Shown one piece after another: positions 1 to 12,558 of a DNA stretch of 64,000 nt; position 1 is the stretch's first letter, and each line of letters begins with the position of its first letter. Origin of the DNA: Octopus sinensis (taxonomy: Eukaryota); contig NC_043013.1 in assembly GCF_006345805.1 (NCBI RefSeq), positions 6,386,001 to 6,450,000 on the forward strand. Direction: 5' to 3'. The notes beneath the pieces were generated by a model. It saw only the letters and a list, made by a program, of their open reading frames with translations. It was not told the DNA's origin and searched no databases. The translations under genes and the position numbers were made by a program.

Positions 1-440
1 CAACAGTAAACAAAATGAAATACGAAAACAAATCAGTTAAATGCACAAATAACGAGAGAGAGAAGGACAAGTAATACAAAAACAACCCTTCATCAGATGT
101 CGGCTGTCTATCTACTCCACATTTCGAGCAATCAACGATAATCTGAGTCTCCAAAGACAGTTGCTCCCATTAATACCAAATAGGTGTAGGACATAAAGTT
201 CTTTATTTTTTCATTTTTTTTAGTGGGACATGGAACTGTGAAAGCCCTTTTTTTTTTCGTCACAGCAAACATACTACTCCTGTACATTTTTTTCACTACC
301 GGTGGCGCATGGGTGAAAAAGGGTCGGAAAACACTGCTCTAGTTTAATCCGCTGTAAATTAGTCCCAGTTCTGCTGCATACCCCACCCCTCTCTCTCTTT
401 CTTCCTATATATCATCACATCCTGTCCGTGTCTCTTTCTA

Positions 441-968
441 TTGGGTTGTCCGGAAAGTTCGTGCCGATTTATAGTAGCTTAACTTTCGACTTATTTTAGA
501 ACATGGTTGAGTTCATAAAATAGGATTTGACTACACTTCGATTTAGAGCACAGTTTTATGTTCCTATAACCTGTGTTAATTCTGTAACCCTTTAAAATAG
601 AAGATAAGAAAGTACATTTTCGGCACTTGATGCTTTGGGAACCAGACAAAAATTGCTGCAGCTCGGCTGAGATGTATTACCCCACCCTCCATATTACTCC
701 TTCGGATTTCCACTTATTCAGATCTCTGCAGAATAGTCTTAATGGTAAAAATTTCAATTCCTTGGATGACGTAAAAAGATACCTTGATGAATTCTTTGCC
801 ATGAAACCACCTCAATTTTGGGAAGAGGGTATTTTCAAGTTAAAGGAAAGATGGAGACTCATTGGCAACAAAATGGTTCATATTTGGTTGATTAAAAATG
901 TAATGGCAAGTATTTATTGACCTTTTTCTTTCCTTTAAAAATCGGCACGAACTTTCCGGACAACTCAA
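441..968 (+). mobile_element. Internally deleted mariner element (non-autonomous)
   Basis: 30-bp TIRs ttgggttgtccggaaagttcgtgccgattt / aaatcggcacgaactttccggacaactcaa with TA on both sides. A transposase N-terminal stub (KVHFRHLMLWE) is fused to the C-terminal PSDFHLFRSLQNSLNGKNF...FWEEGIFKLKERW motif. Confidence 0.9.
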
Positions 969-1117
969 TACTTACGACAGTATAAGGACCTAAAACAATT
1001 GCTCGCTCGCAGATGACAGCTGTCTCTACTTTTACGTACCCACACTTACGCGTGCGCGCACGCACACACACAATACACACACACACAAGTAGGCATTCAT
1101 ATATATATATATTCTTT

Positions 1118-2125
1118 TATTCAATTACTCGTTTCAGTCATTTGACTGCGGCCATGCTGGAGCACCGCTTTTAGTCGAGCAAATCGACCCCAGGACTTAT
1201 ACTTTGTAAGCCTAGTACTTATTCTATCGTTCTCTTTTGCCGAACCGCTAAGTTACGAGGACGTAAACACCCGCATCGGTTGTCAAGCGATGGTTGGGGA
1301 GACAAACGCAGACACACGAGCATACATACATATACATACATACATACATACATTACATACATACAGCACTTGGCATACATGCATACATGCATGCATACAT
1401 ACATACCTACCATAACATTACATACATACATACATTTACATCATAACATACATACATACATACATCATACATACATAACATACATACCTACTACATACAT
1501 ACATACAGTACCACATACATACATACATACATAACATACATACATACACATACAATACATACATAACATTTTACATACATGCATACATAATACATACATA
1601 CATAACATACATACATCCATTACATACATACAGCAATACATACATACATACATACATGCATACACGCATGCATGCATTACACGCATGCATGCATACACAC
1701 ATGAATGCATACATTACATGCATACATACATACATACATATATTACATACATGCATACACATTATACAAATACATACATGCATACATAACATACATACAT
1801 GCATTACACACATGCATGCATACATTTTACATGCATGCATACATACATACAATACATACATACATACATACATACATACATACATACATACATACATACA
1901 TACACACATGCATGCATGCATACATGCATACATACATAATACTTACATAAATATATATATAGGACGGGCTTCTTTCAGTTTCCGTCATCCAAATCCACTC
2001 AGAAGACATTGGTCGGCCCCAGGCTATAGTAGAAGACACTTACCCAAGATGTCACGCAGTGGGACTGAACCCGGAACCATGTGGTTCGTAAGCAAGCCTC
2101 TTACCACACGGCAACTCGTACGCCT
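1118..2125 (-). mobile_element. tRNA-headed SINE (family A) split by a ~650-bp internal (TACA)n expansion
   Basis: Tail half at ~1118-1310 and head half at ~1965-2125, same orientation, matching the intact copy at 56174-56568. Confidence 0.85.
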
Positions 2126-2258
2126 ATATAAGCATACGTATATGTATGCATGTATGTATATTTTTATATATTTGTACATGCATGTGTATATATCTGTATG
2201 TTTGTGTGTGTACGTGCATTTATGTATGTATATATACATATGTATGTATATACACGTG

Positions 2259-2318
<60 letters not shown>

Positions 2319-3118
2319 CATATGTCTGTCTCAAGCGAATTCTTTGAATTTAATTTGCATATATGTAACATTTTTATAATTTCATTAACTGCGTGGCACC
2401 TTAGGCAAGTGTCTTCTGCTATAGCCACGGGCCGACCAAAGCCTTGTGAGTGGATTTGGTAGACGGAAACTGAAAGAAGCCGTCGTATATATGTATATAT
2501 ATGTGTATTTGTGTGTCTGTGTTTGTCCCCCTAGCATTGCTTGACAACCGATGTGGGGTGTGTTTATGTCCCCGTTACTTACGGTCGGCAAAAGAGACCG
2601 ATAGAATAAGTACTGGGCTTTTAAAAAAAAAAAAGAATAAGTCCCGGGGTCGAGTTGCTCGATTGAAGGCGGTGCTGCAGCATGGCCGCAGTCAAATGAC
2701 TGAAACAAGTGGTCCCGGCACTTACAATAAATGAATAAAATAAAAATGAAAATAAATAAATAAAACTTTTCACTCTCCGTTTCATCTAGAAAGCTCGTCC
2801 CGAAACCCGAAAAACCCCTGGAAAAGGGGGCGGAGACAAATAATTTATGCAGCATATATTAAACACTTCCTCCAACTGCCTTTCTTCTACTACTTCTCCT
2901 ACTCCCCCTCTTGCCCTCCTTCTTTCTCACTAAAACTAACAGATTTTCTTGGAATTTTTCAGAAATGAAACTAAAAAGCAATTTTTCACGGAAATTCATA
3001 AATTTACTGTTCATTTATAATATAAAAGTATCCGTACAACATCACATTCATGATTGTAAGTCGTAATTATGACGAACTCGGAAAAAATGACTGCGGATGA
3101 GTCGGAACCTTCTTCTGA

Positions 3119-3218
3119 NNNNNNNNNNNNNNNNNNNNNNNNNNNNNNNNNNNNNNNNNNNNNNNNNNNNNNNNNNNNNNNNNNNNNNNNNNNNNNNNNN
3201 NNNNNNNNNNNNNNNNNN
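3119..3218. other. Assembly gap (100 N)
   Basis: Run of exactly 100 N. Confidence 1.
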
Positions 3219-3429
3219 GTGTCTGTGAGTAAAGAATTAAATCTAATAATTATTTATCTCCAGCTGTGAAAATACATATTTAATAAATTTTTAAAAAACC
3301 ATACACTTTGCCTTTCATCCTTTCGGGGTCGATAAATTAAGTACCAGTTACACACTGGGGTCGATATAATCGACTTAATCCGTTTGTCTGACCTTGTTTG
3401 TCCCGTCTGTGTTTAGCCCCTTGTGGGTA

Positions 3430-5560
3430 GTAAAGAAATATATATATATATGTATATATATATATGCCTATATATACATATATATATATATATATGTGCA
3501 TATACACACACACACACATACACACACATACATACTATACACACATACACACATACATACACACACGCGTACATATACATACATACACATACACACACAC
3601 ACTTACACACATACTCACGTACATACATACACACACACTCACATACACATACATACATACTTGCACACATACACACATACATACATACACATACGCATAC
3701 ACACACACATACATACATACACACATACATACATACATACATACACATACACACACATACATACATACACACATACATACACACATACATACACACATAC
3801 ATACATACATAGATACACACATACACAAACATACATATACATACATACACACATACACACACACGCACGCACACATACATACATACACACACATACATAC
3901 ACACATACACACACATACTTACACACATACACACACACATACACATACATACATACATACGCACATACATACGCACACATATACACACATACAAACACAC
4001 ATACACACACATATATATACATACATACACACACATACACACATACACGCATGCACACATACATACATACACACACACACATACATACACTACATACATA
4101 GATACATACATACATACATACACACACATACATATACATATATACGTACACACACGCACATACACACATACACGCATGCAAAAATACGTACACACATACA
4201 TACATGCATACACACACACACTTACACACATACACACATACATACATATGTACGTACATACATACACACATACATAGACACATACATACACACACACATA
4301 CATACATACATACACACATACACACACATACACACATACATACATACACACGCATACATATACATACATACATACACATACACACACACATGCACACATA
4401 CATACACACACATACATACACACGTACATACATACATACATACATAGATACATACATACACACACACGCACATACATACATATACATACATACATACACA
4501 CACACATGCACACATACACGCAGGCACACATACATACATACACACACATACTTACACACACATACACACATACATACATACACACACATACATACATACA
4601 TACATACACACATACACACACACACATACACACACGCATACATATACACACATACATACACATACACATACACATACACACATACAAACATACACACACA
4701 TACGTACACACATACATACATAGATACATACATACACACACATACATATACATACATACACACATACATACACACACACAAACATACACACATACATACA
4801 TACATACATACATACATACATACACACGCACGTACATACATATACATACATACATACACACACACATGCACACATACACGCAGGCACACATACATACATA
4901 CACACACATACATACACACACACACACACATACATATACATACATACATACATACTACATACATACATACATACACACATACACGCATGCACACAAACAT
5001 ACAAACCATACATACACCACAGACACATACACACACACTTATACAACACATCATACATACATACATACACCACATATAAACATATAAACATATAAGCCTC
5101 TACATTGTACACACACGCACATAATACATACATTCACTCGCACGCACGTACACACACACGCACACACACAAACACATTTACATATATATACTAACACACG
5201 CACACACACATACACACGTACAAAACAGACACAACTCACATACACACCGACAGATATATACTAGACAATATACACCTATCCGCGCACGCACACATACAAC
5301 ATAAACACATACAAACGCACACATACACGCACACACATACACGCACATACTACACACTCACACAAATTAACCCACACATACATCCCTACACACCCACGCG
5401 CACGTACAAGCACACACGCACACATACACTAGGTTTAGCCAGTTACTCGCCACACACCCAAACTCTACGCATACACACCGAACACACACATGCACCACAC
5501 ACACTACAAACACCACACACATGATACATATACTTACAACGCACACACATATACCCTTTG
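3430..5560. repeat. ~2.1-kb compound (TA)/(CA)/(TACA) microsatellite
   Basis: Seen directly; starts at the 3' end of a SINE-B copy (~3300-3440). Confidence 0.97.
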
Positions 5561-5849
5561 TTTTTCGATCTGGTTTTGACCTCGTCGCTGGATACAAAAA
5601 AGTGCCACTCCTTTATGACAGCTGGCTAAGCCATGCCTGTTATTCACCATACACATATAACACAACACACACACGCACGCACGCACAAACACACTTGTCA
5701 TCCTTGCACACACCACACACACACACCCACGCGTCACCGCCCACACATTCCTTGTCTTTGAAAATCTTGTTTTGAAAAATCATGATTCGTCTACTTTTCA
5801 ACTTCTGTTCTTTCAACATGTGATCTCTCTTGAGCACCACCAGCAAAAA

Positions 5850-6035
5850 TATTTTTTTCCTCTGTCTTCCCTTCTCGAATCTTTCCTCTCTTCTCTTTGT
5901 TTCCGACGAAGAGCTCCGCTCGAAACGTTAAAACCATCCTTCCCTTCTTTCCTGAGCGTTCAATAATACTTTAATTGTTCCTCCCCGTCCAGCGTTGCTG
6001 TGTTTTTTTCTGTGTTTTCTTGTTTGGATTAACTT
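5850..6035 (+). repeat. Penelope-terminus-like repeat with hammerhead-like motif (other copies ~47770-47945 and ~60828-60965)
   Basis: Three homologous copies share gtttC(C/T)GACGAagagctccgct(c/t)GAAAcgttaaa(a)c and the downstream ttcctgagcg...ggattaact sequence. Confidence 0.65.
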
Positions 6036-6075
<40 letters not shown>

Positions 6076-6081
6076 CATATG

Positions 6082-6160
<79 letters not shown>

Positions 6161-6173
6161 ATAGATATATATA

Positions 6174-6429
6174 TATTAGTGAATTGAAGAATGAACAAAT
6201 CGTTTATTGCATTCTACCCGTGTTTCGAAAGCCACAATTTTACCAAATTCCGATTGAATAAGGAGACCATATTGTGTCTCCTCTTCAGGAAAAATAGGAA
6301 TTTTCCTATGTCTTCCTGAATTGAAAACACAATTGGTCTCCTTATTCAATCGGAATTTGGTAAATTGTGGCTTTCGAAACACGTGTAAATGCAATAAAAC
6401 GATTTCTGTTCATTCTTCAATTACTAATA
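6174..6429. mobile_element. Foldback/MITE-like palindromic element in (TA)n
   Basis: Arms 6174-6277 and 6327-6429 are near-perfect reverse complements; the spacer has nested inverted repeats (ttcaggaa/ttcctgaa, ataggaa/ttcctat). Confidence 0.85.
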
Positions 6430-6444
6430 ATATATATATATATG

Positions 6445-6478
<34 letters not shown>

Positions 6479-8042
6479 TATACATATGTATGTATATAAT
6501 TATATATATATATACATATGTATATATATATATATATATATACTATGTATTATATATATATATATATATACTATGTAGTATATAACTCTATACATATGTA
6601 TGTATGTATATCGGCTATATTATATATATATATATATAGATATGTGGTCGGTTTTTGTGCTGAAAATAGCAGCTAAATCGTCGCATACACACACGAACAC
6701 ACACATGCACACACACACACACTACAAACAACACACACACATGATACATATACTTACACGCACACACATATACCCCTTTGTTTTTCGACCTGGTTTTGAC
6801 CTCGCTGGATATAAAACGAAAGAAAGGAATAAAGAAAGTAAAGTGGCAAATATTGTGCTCTTTGTATAGTGTTGTTTGGTAATACTGAGCGAGAGATTCA
6901 AATATCATCTGGTTCGCGTTCATTTCTCTCGAAACAAACTTCAATTTGTTCGGATTTATAGGTTTTAAACGTAGGAGATCACGATTCTGAAAAAAGAGAA
7001 AAATAATTTCTTTTACTTAGAACTTTAAATTTCTTTTTGTATTCTTTGGGGAAAAGTGTTTTTATTTGTAACGAAAGTCCGCCAGATTTGTGAAAGTAAA
7101 TTTATGCATTGTAATCGCATTGATATTACGCATTATAATCGTAATATCCAACAAAAAAAAATTAATTGACAAATAAATAATTAAATAAATAAAGAACGAA
7201 AAAGAAGTCGAAAACTGAAAATCTTCAAAACGTTTGTTGGAAGAACAAAAATGAAAACAACTAAAATTTAGAATTGCTTTTCTAGCTTTGCTTTATTTTT
7301 TTTTGTAATTGTTCAGATTAGTTATAAAAAAAAAGAAGAAAATTAAGGGGAGATAAAAACTCTTTTACTCTACTTGCTTCAGTCAATTGACTGCGGCCAT
7401 GCTGGAGCACCGCCTTTGGTCGAGCAAATCGACCCCAGGACTTATTCTTTGTAAGCCCAGTACTTATTCTATCGTTCTCTTTTGCTGAACCGCCTGGGCT
7501 ACGGATACGTAAACACACCAGCATCGGTTGTCAAGCGATGTTGGGGGACAAACACACACACACACCACACACACACACACACACCACACACACCACGGAA
7601 CACCCGATGTCCCTTTGCTACTTTTACTACTTATCTCCCCCTTAATTATTATTTACTTTTTTATATCACTAAACTGAACAATTACCATTATTTTATTTTT
7701 TTATTTCAGTCATTTGACTGCGGCCATGCTGGAACACCGTCTTTAGTTGAAAAAATCGACCCCAGGACTTATTCTTTGTTAGCCTAGTACTTATTCTATC
7801 GTCCCTTTTGCCGAGTCACTAAGTTACGGGGACGTAAATACACAAACATCGGTTGTCAAGCGATGATGGGGGGACAAACACAGACACACTAACATTTACA
7901 TAAATACACACACACACATATTATATATATATATGTGAAAGAAGCCTGTCATATAATATATATATAGTATATATTATATATAATATATATATTATATAAT
8001 AGTATATATATATATATATATATATAGTAGTACTCAAACTTT

Positions 8043-8231
8043 TTTAAAGCAGCAGAAAATTCAACAAAATCTGTTACTCTGAGTTTCTCGTTGCCGTTCA
8101 TCAGACAATTTTTGCTAGAATGGAACCGATATATCAATTCAATCTAGACTCTTACAAACGCTAAACCTTTAAAAAAACGGCAACGAGAAACTCAGAGTAA
8201 CAGATTTTGTTGAATTTTCTGCTGCTTTAAA
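8043..8231. repeat. Perfect 56-bp inverted repeat made of two Penelope-pLTR-like copies
   Basis: 8043-8098 is the exact reverse complement of 8176-8231, with a 77-bp spacer. Confidence 0.9.
8065..8114 (-). ncRNA. Candidate minimal type-I hammerhead ribozyme
   Basis: Minus strand reads caaaaattgt-CTGATGA-acg gcaa cga-GAAA-ctcagag-TA-acagattttg. Stem I forms 9 of 10 pairs, stem III is the palindrome ACTC(A)GAGT, cleavage triplet GUA. Stem II is weak. Confidence 0.6.
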
Positions 8232-10209
8232 TAAAGCATATTACTCTACCCCTGGTTTTTGAGTACTCTTTTTTCCACCTTGTTTCACATTTATGTGTTT
8301 ACTCCGGTATATATATATCATATATATATATAGATAGATAGATAGATATAGATATAGATGACAGGCTTCTTTTAATTTCCGTCTACCAAATCATTCACAA
8401 AGCTTTGGTCAGTCTCAAGACACTTGCCCAAGGTGCCACGCAGTGGGACTGAACCTGGAACCATGTGGTTGATAAGCAAGCTACTTACCACACAGCCGCT
8501 CCAGCATTTTGTTGTTATTGTTGTTGTTGCAGACTCACAAAACATAATCTTTAAAAAACAGAAAATGAATAAATAATAAAAATAGGAAGGAAGAATGTCA
8601 TTAAAAAGATGCGGAAAGATGGCGGGGCTGAAGTACAATAATATTGAAAATACAAATATTGATTCTTGTTTTTGTAAAATCGTGATCTCCGATGTTTAAA
8701 GCATACAAATCCAAAGAAATTGTCGTTTTTGACAAACTAAATAATTTCCGACTTTATTGTATAGTATTACTCTTTGGTCAACTACTTTGTGTTCGAAATA
8801 AAGGGTGGATGGTCGTGGCTGGAATGCATTTCATATGTCATCACCTTAATCCTACTATATACATACGTATACATATGCTCACCGTCCCACATAATTATAT
8901 ATTTAAAAAAATTTGATTCATATTTTTATACTCAAAGTCGATATTAATTATGATTTGTACGTAGTGTCCTCAAGGGGAGAGAACTGCTTTACGATTTGTA
9001 TCTTATCCTTCGTTTTTTTTTTTCCTTATCTTGAGAGGCCTTTTTCTATGAGTGAAAGGTCTCCATATTTCCATAAAATCCATTTACTGGACCCCCCCAA
9101 AAATGGCTAAAAAGATCTTTACCTAAACGAATAAGTGCTACCCAGTTGTAGACAAAATATCACAATTTCCACACATTTCGTCGTCGTCGTAGTCATCGTC
9201 ATCATCATCATCATCATCATCACATCATCACCACCACCACCACCACCACCATTATCGTGGTCATCGTTCAAACGTTTCCTTTTCCCTGGTTTGCATAGAT
9301 TCAGGCGGAATTCATTGAGACAGAATTTCTGCAGAAGAACGCCGCCGCCCTTCTGTGACTGGACAATATCTTTCACGGAAAATTAAAAAAACAAAACAAA
9401 AAAAAACAAGCAAAACAAAATAACGACACCGCTTGTGTAATGGTGATGCACGTTTACAGCTGTCTCACGGTGTCAAAACAAGGAAACACGAATAAACATT
9501 ACCCCCACTTCCTAGAAAAATAAATTGTGTCTAACCATAGCAAACATAAATAAAGGTAAACAAACAAACAAAAAGACACCCTTCGATCATAAATGATCAT
9601 AAATGAGCATGGGATTGCAACTAGAAAGTTACTCTTCGAGGTACAAGCCTGAGTAACGTTAAAGGAAGACCTCAACAAACAGCCCGGTTCGGGAATCGAA
9701 CTCACTACCTCATGATTGTGAGCCCGACCCTCTAACCACTGAGCAATGCGCCTTCATGCAAATGCGAATAAGGAGACGCTCAGAAAAAAAAAACAGGTGA
9801 TGATGATGATGATATCTGAAGGTGTGGAAATTGTGATGTTTACTCAACGGCTGATGATGGGAAGCACTTTGTTGTTGTAGTTGTGGCGTGTGTAGGTGTG
9901 TGGCTTAGTGGTTATTGTGTTGTGCTCACGAGTGCCAGATAGTAGGTTCGATTCTCAGACCTGTGGCACATTGCGACCTTGAGCAAAACACTTCATTTCA
10001 CGTTGCTCCAGGCCACTCGGCCGTATGTGAGGTAAATCTGCAACGGGGTAGCGTCGCGTTTTGGGGTGGATTGAGAATATTGGTCTACATGCCTATTTAG
10101 CGGTGTACTATCATTCAGAAGATACAACAATACGACGAAGTGCATTGTGATCAGTGGTGTATAACAATCTCCGATATTCTCGTTGATAAAGTGATTTACA
10201 TACATACAT

Positions 10210-10268
<59 letters not shown>

Positions 10269-10655
10269 GTTTGTTTTCCACCTGCCTTCGTCTTTTGTCT
10301 ATTTTCATAAAGCTTCCCGTTATATATATATATATATTATACACACACACATATAGAGAGAGAGGGCAGCAGGTGTGTCGGTATATATTCTCTGTTCGGG
10401 GAGTTTCTAATAAGGATGGTTGAGAATGTATATTGGACAAGTATATAAAATTATCCGCATGTTAAAATTCAAATGGATATAATGAGATTCATGGTTGTAA
10501 CTCTTTACACATATAAGTACATAAAAACATAGACATATGCCTACTCTCTCTCTCTCTCTCTCTGTCAGATACACACATATACACATGAATTTACATATAA
10601 TGCATACATGCATAAAAAATATACACATTCATGTATCTATATATATATATACTTA

Positions 10656-10689
<34 letters not shown>

Positions 10690-11515
10690 CTAGCAGAATT
10701 GCCCGGCGTTGCTCGGGGCTGAATTGCTTGAAAGTACTGTTAATGATTGCACTGAATTATGATGATTATTCAGGCAAATATTGAAATAAGCTTACGGTGG
10801 GAGATAAGGACTTAACGCCAAACGTTGCCATTGCATTGTTTTGGGGAACCAAATTTCTGATGAGCATTATAGGGGCACTAACTTTAAGTTTGAGAAAAGT
10901 GGTGGTAGTCCGGGGTGCTCAAAGGAATTGAGTACCTCTATTGGATAGTTGATGACGTCCTCTGGGTCAGGAGTTGTATCGATAGACTGATATACATCGA
11001 CTTCCCCAGAATGAGTTTTAGCATGGTGAACAGTTTTTTCCTCGGGGCCAGTATAGCCTTTTTGCCAATCCAATCCATATTCTGATAATTAGCTTGTAAA
11101 TCTGGGAACACTGCATCTCTGAGATCAGAAGGCGTCTTAACAATGGTACAAATGGAATCGATGGCAATATTACCATTTTCATCCCCTGGTATTTTGCCTT
11201 CGCCAAGTGCAAGGAGTGGTGTGAGGAAATGCTGCTGATGTGATATTACGTCGCATATGAGCACGCATATTGGTGTGAAGTTTGAGAGTTACTTCCGTTT
11301 ATTTTAAAAAATATGCATTAAATGGAAAAAAAATGATGGTAAATTATTTGTAAAATCAGAGACTCATCGTAGACGCGCGCTAATACCCAGAAGGGCTCGA
11401 TATGAATCACGACTATAAGATACCCGGTTTTGGTTAAACTGCATCGCAAAATGTGGAGTAGTTAGGAATCTAAATCGGAGTAGACAGACACACAACCTTT
11501 CTTTTATATATAAAT
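10690..11515 (-). mobile_element. Helitron deletion derivative carrying a PIF1-type helicase fragment
   Basis: 3' end CTAG at 10690-93 with subterminal gagcaacgccgggc; 5' end shared with the short Helitrons. Fragments LLALGEGKIPGD...VFPDLQANYQNMDWIGKKAILAPR and YQSID...YPIEVLNSFEHPGLPP are typical of RepHel helicase. Confidence 0.88.
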
Positions 11516-11920
11516 ACATACATACACACACATACATCACACACACACACACACATACATGCATACATACATATACACATAAACCGAGTAAAAAATTTCA
11601 GTTATCTCTCTCTTTCACACATTACTCTCTCTCTCTCTTCACCACACTAACAGAAGCACTTCACTTACACAACATACTGTCTGTCTCCCACACTCCATCA
11701 AACACACACACACACACACATGTACATCAATGAGTCCCATGCACGGTAACTTCAAAGGAACTTCCCTCGTCATACAATCGCTTTCTCTTAGTCTCTTTCG
11801 CTCTCATTACTTATGTAAAAAAATAAAAGTTTTTTCTATGTGTGTAAAGAGGAAGTGGGAGGCAGAGTGAAAGAATCACTCACTACAGTAAGTGAATTAC
11901 TTTCATTTTATTCCTTGCCC

Positions 11921-12169
11921 ACTGTGTGTGTGCGTTTGCGTGTGGTAGGGGTAAATCAGACTAAGAAAAGCATTTGACACACACACCAGAATGTGAGTTT
12001 TCTGTAAATTTTGCTTAATTGGAGTTTAAATTTTAAAAACTGGACCTGGCATGACGCGATGCATTGTACTCTTAAAACTGCCAGGTAAATTGTAATTGAA
12101 GAAATCCTATATTGTAGATTTGTATAACTCCCAAAGGGAGGCAGATAAAATCTGCCTTTTATAATAAGA
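11921..12169 (-). mobile_element. 5' part of a second Helitron-like family (near-identical copy at ~13933-14181)
   Basis: Two ~250-bp near-identical copies; minus-strand start TCTTATTATAAAAGGCAGATTTTATCTGCC resembles a Helitron TC 5' end. Confidence 0.55.
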
Positions 12170-12558
12170 CTAGCAGTATCGCCCGGCGTTGCTCGGGTTT
12201 GTAAGGGAAATAACTATATAAGCATTTTTAGAGAGTTATAGCCAAAAATAGCAAAAATGCATTAAAATTGAAAAAAAATTAAGGTAATTTTTTTTTTAAA
12301 TCGTTGACACATCGTAGATATTTTTAGAGAGTTACTTCCCTTATATAATACGAAAAATGCATTAAAATGGAAAATATGATGGTAAATTTTTTTTAAATCG
12401 TAGACTCATCGTAGACGCGCGCTAATACCCAAAGGGCTCGATGTGAATCACGACTATAAGATACCCGCTTTGGTTAAACTACACCCGCAAAATGTGGGAG
12501 TAGTTACGAATCTAAATCGTAGGAGACAGACACACAACTTCACTCTTATATATAAAGA
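12170..12558 (-). mobile_element. Non-autonomous Helitron
   Basis: TC...CTAG termini on the minus strand, inserted between A and T, no TSD. Confidence 0.88.

Noticed and set aside
84-140. GAAA...CTGATGA in permuted order (also ~46210-46245 and ~19660-19700) as a type-II hammerhead
   Set aside because: The intervening sequence folds as one stem without a properly placed UH triplet; I could not build stems I and III. Likely PLE-terminus related but unproven.
3069-3269. ORF spanning the N run
   Set aside because: Artefact of translating through the assembly gap.
1219-5245. Long ORFs of up to 510 aa (MYVCVC..., HTYIHT...)
   Set aside because: Translations of (CA)/(TA)/(TACA) microsatellites; the same applies at 14.2, 17.8-18.6, 23.1-23.8, 45.4-46.8 and 60.9 kb.
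9119-9386. ORFs with poly-G/D/M/T or poly-I/P and a donor-like AG|GTAAAG on the minus strand at 9122
   Set aside because: Driven by triplet repeats with no recognisable domain; a non-coding exon is possible but unsupported.
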